This document shows positions 10,296 through 22,206 of a stretch of DNA of 64,000 nucleotides, one piece after another. Both the position numbers and the translations under genes were made by a program. The notes under the pieces were generated by a model that made no database searches, was not told the DNA's origin, and was given only the letters and a program-made list of their open reading frames with translations. Source of the DNA: Amphiscolops sp. MND2022 (Eukaryota); NCBI GenBank assembly GCA_964187785.1, contig OZ076413.1, positions 40,858,001 to 40,922,000 of the forward strand. The letters are read 5' to 3'. How positions within the stretch are numbered: position 1 is the stretch's first letter; each line of letters opens with the position of its first letter.

Positions 10296-12599
10296 CTCAC
10301 CACTTCAATAATTGAAAGAAAGCGTGTTTAAACTTAAAAACGCGCACTTATCACTATTTTCTATCCAACAGCCAGGTAGCTTTTCCCGAAATTGCGGACA
10401 GCTCCTGAAAAACATCAACAATCACAGTGGTATCTATTCCAGCAAACCTCGTCATCACTTTCATGACTGTAATCTACAACCTGAAAGTTTCGCTAATGTC
10501 TTCAAAAGCACGAGTTGAAACAGCAAATATCGTCAAGCAAATCACAGTCAGGAAACAAGTGATTGTTCGCCTGTTTTGTTCTGACATCAATATAGATATA
10601 ACGTTTGGACAATTATTTTCCCACGATTGCCTCATTTTACACCAAAACGTCATTCTCGGCCTAAATGGGATCAACCGCGCTTTATCACTGCCCCAATTCG
10701 TTCGACTCTGGCCCAAAGCACGATCAGGATACGGGCAAGTGTGACTATCCAATCAAAAACATTTGCGCGACATTTAGTGGAAAATAGACCTGTTTGAACC
10801 TAAATTTCCTTTTTCAATCGAGCACACAAAAGACAAATTTTTCAACATCTCAGACTATTACCAAACGATATTTAGAAAGGTTGTTCACTGTTCAGAAACC
10901 TGGCAAAAATTCGGACTTGAGGGCTCTCAGACTTTCACACGGAGTGGCTATTTCTGTCTTCACTACATTTGCTAAAATTAAGAATTGGGCTCTAAGATCG
11001 ATATAAAACTCCCACTTTGGTGTCCCAGAGCAGATTCCTAAGAAAAGAAAATCTTCTAAATTAAACTTTCAAGAAACATCATCTCTCATCCATAACCATT
11101 CAGACCTCATATCGAAACAGACTGGATTACGCATCGGTCTATGTAAATGATTGTTCTCAGATCGTCCAATTTACCAGCGAGTAAAACAGATAGAACAGTG
11201 ATCCCAATGACCGCATAAAAAAGAATATAAATTTTGCGTTGATAGGAGGGATAAAGTTATATTTTCGTCACATTATTACGGCGTTTGTGCGTTGCGTGAG
11301 AAGGGAGTCTATACAGACCACTTTTCGGCGTGAGATTTTGAGTCTCCAGGAACGCACTGGGCCTAGAACGATAAAGTTTTGTCAGTTTCTAATATTTTCG
11401 TCATTTTCAAATGCAGCATCAATTTACTGCGGAACAGTGATCAGATTTATCCATGAAAACTCAATCGCGAAGTCGCAGTAAAGAATTCAATTGTCCTGTC
11501 TATTCGGCATTCGAAATCTTTCACGTGAACTTTTTCTGTGAGCAATAAAGTGGAAAGAGACTATCTTCAAGCTCTCCACTTCATGTGGGACATGCCCTCT
11601 TATAATTGCCATCTCAACTTTACTGACATGAGTATACAAGGTGCATGAGGGAAGATTCCCTCATTGAACTCCAATGTGAAGTCGCCAAGTCTCACTCTTC
11701 CATTACGCTTCGAGACGTCAACAGTAGCCCCCAAACAAGCCGACTTTAGCTTTACAGTCGCCCTTCACTTTTCCTCCATCTTCGACGCAAGGCCGAGCCC
11801 ATGCCCGCCCTTGAGCTACTAAAGCTGTCGTCGCTATCGGACTGTTTGGATCTGGTGTCTCTATGAAACCAGGTAGTTGCAGACTAGCTGGCATCCTCGG
11901 CACATGCCAGAGTGAAAACGCTGTAGATATCAATTAAATGTCAGCAATGACCACTTCTGTCAAAAAATGTCCCATATCTGTCAAAAAATGTTGCCGCACA
12001 ATTACAATGTCGATGGAACTTTCCGGAATGACATACATGTCATGCAGAACAATTTCTCTTCACTCATCAGTGATCAATTTCAATTTTGACAATCGCTTTT
12101 ATCTTTGATTCATTGAATCAACAAGTCTATGGAGCGGTATTATTCGCATATCGTTTTAAATTTTAACAGCAATCCGGCACTCCTAAAAATCATACCGACA
12201 TCATTCCTTGATCGTGCATCATTGGAGAAAGTTATTGATGTTGTCCAGTCCATCCAAAACAAAGCCTTGGACAGGGTAACTTTGGCTATCCCTTCCCATG
12301 AGGCATTGTCCTATTTGGAAGCCAAACTGTTGCAAGAAGTAGTAGCTCTTCCGGGAGGACTTCTGAGGAAGTCCATCACTTCAGCTTCCGGACACACGGT
12401 GATGACTCAATGAAGCACTTCCATTTAAAATGACGATCATCATTAAATTCAGGATCCACAATTTCTTTACAGAAAACAGGACACTCCTCTGACTATGACA
12501 GCTCAAGAAAACATTGATGAAACTAAACTCAAAAATCAGGATGAAAAAGGACATTTGAAGAACCTTCAATGCTGTGATGATCAAATGCGACAATTTGAA

Positions 12600-13070
12600 A
12601 ATCAGTGAGGGGAAAATTCAAGAGAGTAGACGAAACTTTTGCGCAAAGAGACGGTTTCGTCTCTTCCCCCTCTGTTCAAAGACCAGTAATAAAAATTATC
12701 GAAGATGCAGTTTCAACAAGAATTATAAACGAATTTTGAGAAAAACTTAATTTCATTCAATCCCTCAGCTACCTGAATGTAAGTTTGTTTGTAACTTAAA
12801 TTTCTCTTATATTACATTTTCTGAAATAAATGGAAAAGCTTCTTAAAGTTGTTTCAAACTAAACTTAACTTAATATTTTGTTGTCATCAATTGACTTTCT
12901 TATTTTCTTCTCTTAGGAAATTTATAGATAACCCAAGAACAAAAACACCAACAATCGCCCCTGCGCATTCAGTCCCAATAAAAATGATTGAGTAAAAACA
13001 AAAGGCGATTGTCATAATGGGGACAGGAGTGGGATCTCTCTATAAACAATAAATTTTAATGATTTTATAA
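12600..13070. repeat. Diverged partial copy of the hairpin-bearing segment of the tandem-array unit
   Basis: gagtagacgaaacttttgcgcaaagagacggtttcgtctc ... caacaatcgcccc aligns to 14595-14990. Confidence 0.8.
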
Positions 13071-13615
13071 AAGACTGTTGTCAACCCCGTAATGTCCGTC
13101 ACTGGCCAAACCCCCTTAGCCTGCTTAAAGCAGTGTAGCCCAGGACTTTGATCCTTGTAGCTCTTTGAAATTCGCCTCCTCGACCTATCAGAAAAGGGTC
13201 CTTTTTCTTCGCTAGCTTCACATGAAACCTAACGGTTAGTCGGTCGTAAAATAAACGGTCAACTAGTAATTTGTTTGTCCATCAATCTGACTTGAAGACG
13301 CGAGAGAATTGAAGTGAATTTGAACTCGTTGAATGAAACTATTTTTAATGATCACCGGTTCAATTAAACATTCCATTGGACCTAAGCATTGAGAAAGCCA
13401 GTCTCCTGATGGTGTTCCTCAGCTGCAGTTTCTATGACACAGGAAGGTCATAGTGCCCACTATAAGAACCTAAATTAGCCTAAGGGGTGCTGGTGAGGGA
13501 AGGCTGCGCAGTCTCTTATCAGTCTAGCGTTACAAGCTGAAGACTGGTTCCAGGAACTTACAGGAGTCCTTACCAGTTGTGAAAATTAAAATGGAGAAAC
13601 AATGAACTAGTGAAT

Positions 13616-16600
13616 CGTATTTTAAAAATTATATTTAAATCAAAACATTTCTAAATTTCTAGAATATAAATAACTTGTTTCACTTACATTATAAACGCCT
13701 TGCCCACACATTCAAAACACTCAAAGGCCAACTAGAAGAAGCTCCGAAGGCCTCCGAAGTAACGTTCAACCTTATGGAAGCAAGTGTAGAGATTGGTCGC
13801 CAACGTGCTGAGAATATTACAGCTTTGGAACGAAATATAGTGGGTTTGAAAGCTCGGCTGAAAACCCTTACGGAAGAAAACCAGTGACTACTCTGCCACT
13901 CATTAGAGCAGAGTGACGAACTAAGCTCTTTACGACTGGAAACAGTTGCTACGAGAAATCATTAGTTAACTGCCAAAATGCTTTGTTATCAAATATCTAC
14001 CTACCACCCATCACTAGAATACGACAACAACCTCTTGTTCCATCTTCTCTGTAGTCCGCCAACCTCAAACCTCAAGAACTGAAGAATTGAAGGAAAACAC
14101 CCGCCACTTGCTGAGGTTGATCCACGCGGACAAAAATTCTAGAGTCTCCCAGCGGTCGCCAAAGTGGTACCGAAAATCAAGGAAGCTCGTAACATACTGA
14201 CAGACCCGACAATCAACAGGATTTACGAATGTTGTGGATCCAAGGTGTACGACATGCGCAAAAGCGCCTAAGGACTTGCAAGGACTGCGACCCGCATGTC
14301 AGCGAATGGCTGGCCGCTTAGTTCGTGGTCGCAAATTTCAAGAGAGGGGGTGGTGTAGCGAGCCAGTCACGAGTCGAGCACTGATTCTATGAGAGTGAAA
14401 AACAAATCGAAAGCAGATGCTAGGTAAATAATTTACCCAGCAGAACTTCTTCCCAATCTATTATCTCTTATGCTTGAGAGTGCTTAACAATTACAATGCA
14501 TAATTAAGCCCTCTTGTGCTGCTTAACAGGAGCACTTCATTCTCTCGGTGTTTATATTATTGATAGATTCAAGATGCTCATTATTAAATTGAAGAGAAGA
14601 GAGTAGACGAAACTTTTGCGCAAAGAGGCGGTTTCGTCTCTTCCATCTCTGTTCAAACAGCAGTAACATAAATTAATAAAGATGCAGTTTCAACAAGAAT
14701 TATAAACGAATTTTAAAGAAAAGCTCATTTTCATTTCATCGCACGGTTATCGAAATGTGAGTTTGTTTGTAACTCGTAACTTGATATTCCCTTATCTGAC
14801 ATTCCTGAGTTAACTATAAAACCTTCTTAAAGTTGTTTCAAACCAAACTTAACTCAATATTTTGTTGTCATAAATTGACTTTTTTCTTAGGTAATCTATA
14901 GAGATAACCCAAGAACCAAAACACCAACAATCGCCCCCCCCCCCCGCATTCAGAGTCCTCATAAAATTGATGGAATTAAAACAAAAAGAGGAGATTGTCA
15001 TACTACGAAATAGCCACCCTGATTGGATTCAGCAGTTTCATTTTTCCTGTGCTTCTCCACATTCTTTTCGATCAATACAATCGTTTAGATAGACTTGAAC
15101 CATTTAGTCATGTTCTGAAGAAAACGAATCCTCCCAAAAGGACCGTCCTGGTCCGACCTTCCAAGTTGAAAACCATTCAGCCCCAACACTGAAATCAGAC
15201 ACTACTTTTCCTTACCCCTTTTGAGATGAAACTTCGTGTGCCTTTCTTCTTGCTTGTACATTTTATAGTACATATTCCACTTTCCATATTTGGAAACTTG
15301 CGCCACAATTTCTCGAGTAGTTTGACTGAGTCACAGTCATCTGCTGTCATCATTCACATTACAGGTGTAGTCATGCACCAATTTGTTTTTCGTGACTCGC
15401 TGCTGTCGTCCCATACACCCGTATTAAAAAATAATATATAAATCAAAACATTTCTAGATTTCTAGAATATAAATAACTTGTTTCACTTACAATATAAACG
15501 CCTTGCCCACACGTTCAAAACACTCAAAAGCCAACTAGAAGAAGCTCAGAAGGCCTCCGAAGTAACGTTCAACCTTATGAAAGCAAGTGTAGAGATTGGT
15601 CGCCAACGTGCTGAGAAAATTACGGCTTAGGAACGAAAAATAGTGGGTTTGAAAGCTCGGCTGAAAACCCTTACGGAAGAAAACCAGTGACTACTCTGCC
15701 ACTCATTAGAGCAGAGTGACGAACTAAGCTCTTTACGACTGGAAACAGTTGCTACGAGAAATCATCAGTAGTTAACTGCCAAAATGCTTTATCAAATGTC
15801 TACCTACCCCACATCACTAGAATACGACAACCTCTTGTTCCATCTTCTCTGTAGTCCGCCAACCTCAAACCTCAACAACTGAAGAATTGAAGGAAAACGC
15901 CCGCCATTTGCTGAGGTTGATGCACGCGGACAAAAATTCTAGAGTCTCCCCAGCGGTCGCGAAAGTGGTACCGAAAATCAAGGAAGCTCGTAACATACTG
16001 AGAGACCCGACTCTCAACAGGATTTACGAATGTTGTGGATCCAAGGTGTACGACGTGCGCAGAAGCTCCTAAGGACTTGCAATGACTGCGACCCGCATGT
16101 CCGCGAATGGCTGGCCGCTTAGTTGCGTGGTCGCAACCTTCAAGAGAGGGGGTGGTGTAGCGAGCCAGTCACGAGTCGAGCTCAAATCCCATAGGAGTAA
16201 ATAACAAATCGAAAACAGATGCTAGGTAAATAATTTAACCAGCAGAACTTCTTGCCAATCTATTATTTATTATGCTTGAGAGTGCTTAACAATTACAATG
16301 CATATGTAATCCCCCTTGTGCTGCTTAACAGCAGCACTTCATTCTCTCGGTGTTTATACTATTGATAGATTCAAGATGCTCATTATTAATTTGAAGAGAA
16401 GAGTAGACGAAACGTTTGCGCAAAGAGAAGGTTTCGTCTCTTCCCCCTCTGTTCAAACAGCAGTAATATAAATTAATAAAGATGCAGTTTCAACAACAAT
16501 TATAAACGAATTTTAAAAAGCTTATTTTCATTCCATCCCACAGTTATCGAAATGTGAGTTCCTTCGTAACTCGTAACTTGATATTCTCTTATCTTACATT

Positions 16601-19600
16601 CCTGAGTTAACTATAAAACCTTCTCACAGTTGTTTTAAACCAAACTTAACCCAGTATTTTGTTGTCATAAATTGACTTTTTTCTTAGGAAATTTATAGAG
16701 ATAACCAAAGAACCAAAACACCAACAATCGCCCCTCCGCACTCAGAGTCCTCATAAAATTGATGGAGTTAAAACAAAAATAGGAGATTGTCATACTACCA
16801 AATAGCCACACTGATTGGATTCAGCAGTTTTATTATTCCAGTCCTTCTCCACATTCTTTTCCATCAAAACAATCGTTTAGATAAACTTGAACCATTTAGT
16901 CATGTTCTGAAGAAAACGAATCCTCCCAAAAGGACTATCCTGGTCCGTCCTTCCAAGTTGAACACCATTCAACCCCAACACTTAAATCAGACACTACTTT
17001 TCCTTACCCCTTATGAGATGAAACTTCGTGTGCCTTTCTTCTTGCTTGTACATTTTATAGTACATATTCCACTTTCCATATTTGGAAACTTGCGCCACAA
17101 TTTCTCGCGAAGTTGACTGGGTCACAGTCAGCTGCTGTCATCATTCACTCATATTACAGGTGTAGTCATGCACCAACTTGTTTTTCGTGACTCGCTGCTG
17201 TCGTCCCATACACCCGTATTTAAAAAATTATATATAAATCAAAACATTTCTAGATTTCTAGAATATAAATAACTTGTTTCACTTACAATATAAACGCCTT
17301 GCCCACACGTTCAAAACACTCAAAAGCCAACTAGAAGAAGCTCAGAAGGCCTCCGAAGTAACGTTCAACCTTATGAAAGCAAGTGTAGAGATTGGTCGCC
17401 AACGTGCTGAGAAAATTACGGCTTTGGAACGTAAAATAGTGGGTTTGAAAGCTCGGCTGAAAACCCTTACGGAAGAAAACCAGTGACTACTCTGCCACTC
17501 ATTAGAGCAGAGTGACGAACTAAGCTCTTTACGACTGGAAACAGTTGCTACGAGAAATCATCAGTAGTTAACTGCCAAAATGCTTTATCAAATGTCTACC
17601 TACCCCACATCACTAGAATACGACAACCTCTTGTTCCATCTTCTCTGTAGTCCGCCAACCTCAAACCTCAACAACTGAAGAATTGAAGGAAAACGCCCGC
17701 CATTTGCTGAGGTTGATGCACGCGGACAAAAATTCTAGAGTCTCCCCAGCGGTCGCGAAAGTGGTATCGAAAATCAAGGAAGCTCGTAACATACTGAGAC
17801 CCGACTCTTAACAGGATTTACGAATGTTGTGGATTCAAGGTGTACGACGTGCGCAGAAGCTCCTAAGGACTTGCAATGACTGCGACCCGCATGTCCGCGA
17901 ATGGCTGGCCGCTTAGTTGCCTGGTCGCAACCTTCAAGAGAGGGGGTGGTGTAGCGAGCCGGTCACGAGTCGAGCTCAAATCCCATAGGAGGAGTAAATA
18001 ACAAATCGAAAACAGATGCTAGGTAAATAATTTAACAAGCAGAACTTCTTCCCAATCTATTATTTATTATGCTGGAGAGTGCTTAACAATTACAATGCAT
18101 AATTAATCCCGCTTGTGCTGCTTAACAGCAGCACTTCATTCTCTCGGTGTTTATATTATTGATAGATTCAAGATGCTCATTATTAATTTGAAGAGAAGAG
18201 TAGACGAAACGTTTGCGCAAAAAGAAGGTTTCGTCTCTTCCCCCTCTGTTCAAACAGCAGTAATATAAATTAATAAAGATGCAGTTTCAACAACAATTAT
18301 AAACGAATTTTAAAGAAAAGCTTATTTTCGTTCCATCGCTCACTTATCGAAATGTAAGTTTGTTTGTAACTCGTAACTTGATATTTTTTTCTTAATAAAA
18401 TTGATGGAATTAAAACAAAAATAGGAGATTGTCATACTACGAAATAGCCACCCTGATTGGATTCAGCAGTTTCATTTTTCCTGTGCTTCTCCACATTCTT
18501 TTCGATCAATACAATCGTTTAGATAGACTTGAACCATTTAGTCATGTTCTGAAGAAAACGAATCCTCCCAAAAGGACCGTCCTGGTCCGACCTTCCAAGT
18601 TGAAAACCATTCAGCCCCAACACTGAAATCAGACACTACTTTTCCTTACCCCTTTTGAGATGAAACTTCGTGTGCCTTTCTTCTTGCTTGTACATTTTAT
18701 AGTACATATTCCACTTTCCATATTTGGAGACTTGCGCCACAATTTCTCGCGTAGTTGACTGAGTCACAGTCATCTGCTGTCATCATTCACTCATATTACA
18801 GGTGTAGTCATGCACCAACTTGTTTTTCGTGACTCGCTGCTGTCGTCCCATACACCCGTATTAAAAAAATTATATATAAATCAAAACATTTCTAGATTTC
18901 TAGAATATAAATAACTTGTTTCACTTACATTATAAACGCCTTGCCCACACGTTCAAAACACTCAAAAGCCAACTAGAAGAAACTCAAAAGGCCTCCGAAG
19001 TAACGTTCAACCTTATGAAAGCAGGTGTAGAGATTGGTCGCCAACGTGCTGAGAAAATTACGGCTTTGGAACGTAAAATAGTGGGTTTGAAAGCTCGGCT
19101 GAAAACCCTTACGGAAGAAAACCAGTGACTACTCTGCCACGCATTAGAGCAGAGTGACGAACTAAGCTCTTTACGACTGGAAACAGTTGCTACGAGAAAT
19201 CATCAGTAGTTAACTGCCAAAATGCTTTATCAAATGTCTACCTACCCCACATCACTAGAATACGACAACCTCTTGTTCCATCTTCTCTGTAGTCCGCCAA
19301 CCTCAAACCTCAACAACTGAAGAATTGAAGGAAAACGCCCGCCGCTTGCTGAGGTTGATGCACGCGGACAAAAATTCTACAGTCTCCCCAGCGGTCGCCA
19401 AAGTGGTACCGAAAATCAAGCAAGCTCGTAACATACTGACAGACCCCACTCTCAACAGGATTTACGAATGTTGGGGAACCAACGTGTACGACGTGCGCAA
19501 AAGCGCCTAAGGACTTGCAAGGACTGCGACCCGCATGTCCGCGAATGGCTGGCCGCTTAGTTGCGTGGTCGCAACCTTCAAGAGAGGGGGCGATGTAGCG

Positions 19601-20497
19601 AGCCAGTCACGAGTCGAGCTCTAATCCCATAGGAGCAATAAATAACATCGGAAACAGATGCTAGGTAAATAATTTAACCAGCAGAACTTCTTGCCAATCT
19701 ATTATTTATTATGCTTGAGAGTACTTAACAATTACAATGCATAATTAATCCCCCTTGTGCTGCTTAACAGCAGCACTTCATTCTCTCGGTGTTTATATTA
19801 TTGATAGATTCAAGATGCTCATTATTAATTTGAAGAGAAGAGTAGACGAAACGTTTGCGCAAAGAGAAGGTTTCGTCTCTTCCCCCTCTGTTCAAACAGC
19901 AGTAATATAAATTAATAAAGATGCAGTTTCAACAACAATTATAAACGAATTTTAAAGAAAAGCTTATTTTCATTCCATCGCTCACTTATCGAAATGTAAG
20001 TTTGTTTGTAACTCGTAACTTGATATTTTTTTCTTAATAAAATTGATGGAATTAAAACAAAAATAGGAGATTGTCAAACTACCAAATAGCCACCCTGATT
20101 GGATTCAGCAGTTTATTTTTCCTGTGCTTCTCCACATTCTTTTCGATCAATACAATCGTTTAGATAGACTTGAACCATTTAGTCATGTTCTGAAGAAAAC
20201 GAATCCTCCCAAAAGGACCGTCCTGGTCCGACCTTCCAAGTTGAACATCATTCAGCCCCAACACTGAAATCAGACACTACTTTTCCTTACCCCTTTTGAG
20301 ATGAAACTTCGTGTGCCTTTCTTCTTGCTTGTATGTTTTATAGTACATATTCCACTTTCCATATTTGGAAACTTGCGCCACAATTTCTTGTGTAGTTGAC
20401 TGAGTCACAGTCAGCTGCTGTCATCATTCACTCATATTACAGGTGTAGTCATGCACCAACTTGTTTTTCGTGACTCGCTGCTGTCGTCCCATACACC
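13616..20497. repeat. Head-to-tail tandem array of four units (1804, 1795, 1642, 1641 bp)
   Basis: Junction catacacc|cgtatt at 15420, 17215, 18857; units are highly similar; units 3 and 4 share a ~150-bp deletion. Confidence 0.95.
13675..14320 (+). pseudogene. Coiled-coil + J-domain-like ORF, array unit 1 (copies at 15480-16120, 17274-17920, 18916-19560)
   Basis: Heptad-rich LKSQLEE...ITALERKIVGLKARLKTL, then EELKENARHLLRLMHADKN...KIKEARNILRDPTLNRIYECCG (J-domain pattern, HPD replaced by HAD). Stops and frameshifts are shared across units. Confidence 0.7.
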
Positions 20498-22047
20498 CTC
20501 TCTCCCACTCTTCTATATTTTCTCTCCGTTGTCAAAATGTACACCCACGATACTTTTGCTCTACATTCTTCAGCAAAGACACTCTTGATTGTCTTCATAA
20601 TGCTGCTGAAAATAATTGAACTAGACGAAGGTGGACGAGATAGAACACTGATAACTTGTTGGAGAACACTGAACAAGATCACAATGACTATTGTGTTATC
20701 TTTTTAATAAAAAGTTTATCATCAACAAGACGCCCCCTATGCACCGTGATATTTTTCGCCTTCATTTGGCGAACAAAAGACACTTAATCGAAAATTTTCC
20801 TCCTTTTCTTCTTATTTTTTTCCACTATCAACAATGGATCTTCGTCATCATCCGCTCCTTCTTAGTAAAACGCTATATTGCTACATATTGCAATACTAGT
20901 ACCTGAAATAGTCTAGTCACTTAGTTACTTGACTATTTTAGTTAAGTGGATGGAGATCGTGGAGATTTGGCAGAATTTGGAAAAAACGCCACACAGATTA
21001 TGATTTTCCTCTCCCATTATATCTGGGTGGAAAATAACAAATTGTGTTTCTCTATAAAGTTTAAACTGGGCAGAAGGAGAGTAGACCCAGCTGAACATGA
21101 GATTCACAAAGTATCGAACGACTGTTTTACAAAAAGACCACACCTGACAATCATATACGCGAAATACACGAAACTCAACCAATTTTCTCGGCCGACTATC
21201 ATGAAACATTCAGGTGTAATTACTTGATATGTATAAAAATTCAAGTAGGAAATGTTACCTTTAAGGTTTGGTATTTTTGATGGATGTAAAAAGAGTCTAA
21301 GTTTACATATGTACAATTTGTTCGAATAATATAATTTTCCCAACATTAAAAAAAAGTGTATTATAATTATTCACGGCAAGGAACAGAATAAATGCATTCA
21401 TTTTTTTCTCAAAAACAGCATTATAATCATTCGTTGCGGCATATGTATCGTAATGATGTATTTTCCGATTCCGACACGGTTTTGAACCGAGAGACATCAG
21501 GCCGACAAGTTGGATCCTTTCCATGAATTGTTGGCCAGATTCAAAATTGTCAGACTAATACAATCACTTTTTTCTTCAATACAGACACGAATGCAACGAA
21601 ACGGATCGGGCAGCTGAAATAAATTTTTGCCTATTTGTTTGCGCAAACTTTGAGCTGTTCTCGGGTTGTTGCATTTCTATTTCAATCCAGGCGAAGCTTC
21701 AAGCTAATCAATTCGTGAACACTCGTTCGTTAAATTCATTCCCTTTAATTGCAATGTATCAAATTAGGAAATTTTCACAGATTTTCCTTCCTCTGTAGAA
21801 AAAAATTGCATTCTACAGCGAGTAATCAAAAATTAAAGCATCAAATAATGAAATGGGATAGGAAATGAGACTGAAATCGTTATCATAAATTTGGTTATTT
21901 CAAATAGCTAAAAACAACTAAATTGGATTATTCAATTAAAAAATTCACCGAAATTCATTTCAAATTCAATTTCGCAATAACAAGCAACGGAAACGGCAGT
22001 TGTAAACCAGCAATGGGATGTAAAAATGGACCCTTGCAGGGTCAAAT

Positions 22048-22206
22048 TCAGGAGATAAAGGTAGAATTGCGGATAGAACTACGAGACGCTGTATGCAGTG
22101 GCGATGAAGAGTTTTTGCCTTTGGTGTTGTTGAATTCGTCCAGTGGGGGCACCGGTGAATTGACTGGAGTGACGTCACTTGAGTCATCGCGACCCCCCAT
22201 GAGTGA
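22048..22206 (-). CDS. RhoGAP gene probable terminal exon (Ser/Pro-rich tail)
   Basis: tttcag acceptor, phase 0, SLMGGRDDSSDVTPVNSP...FIS*. Confidence 0.6.
   Translation of the reverse strand, partial: SLMGGRDDSSDVTPVNSPVPPLDEFNNTKGKNSSSPLHTASRSSIRNSTFIS

Noticed and set aside
14995-15441. Hydrophobic plus-strand ORFs in each array unit (MSYYEIATL..., MKLRVPFF...) as membrane proteins
   Set aside because: TTG starts, and lengths vary between copies; more likely shadows of a decayed minus-strand gene or non-coding sequence.
13616-20497. Tandem array as a Helitron rolling-circle concatemer
   Set aside because: No 5'-TC / hairpin-CTRR-3' termini at the unit junction (catacacc|cgtatt); the hairpin lies mid-unit.
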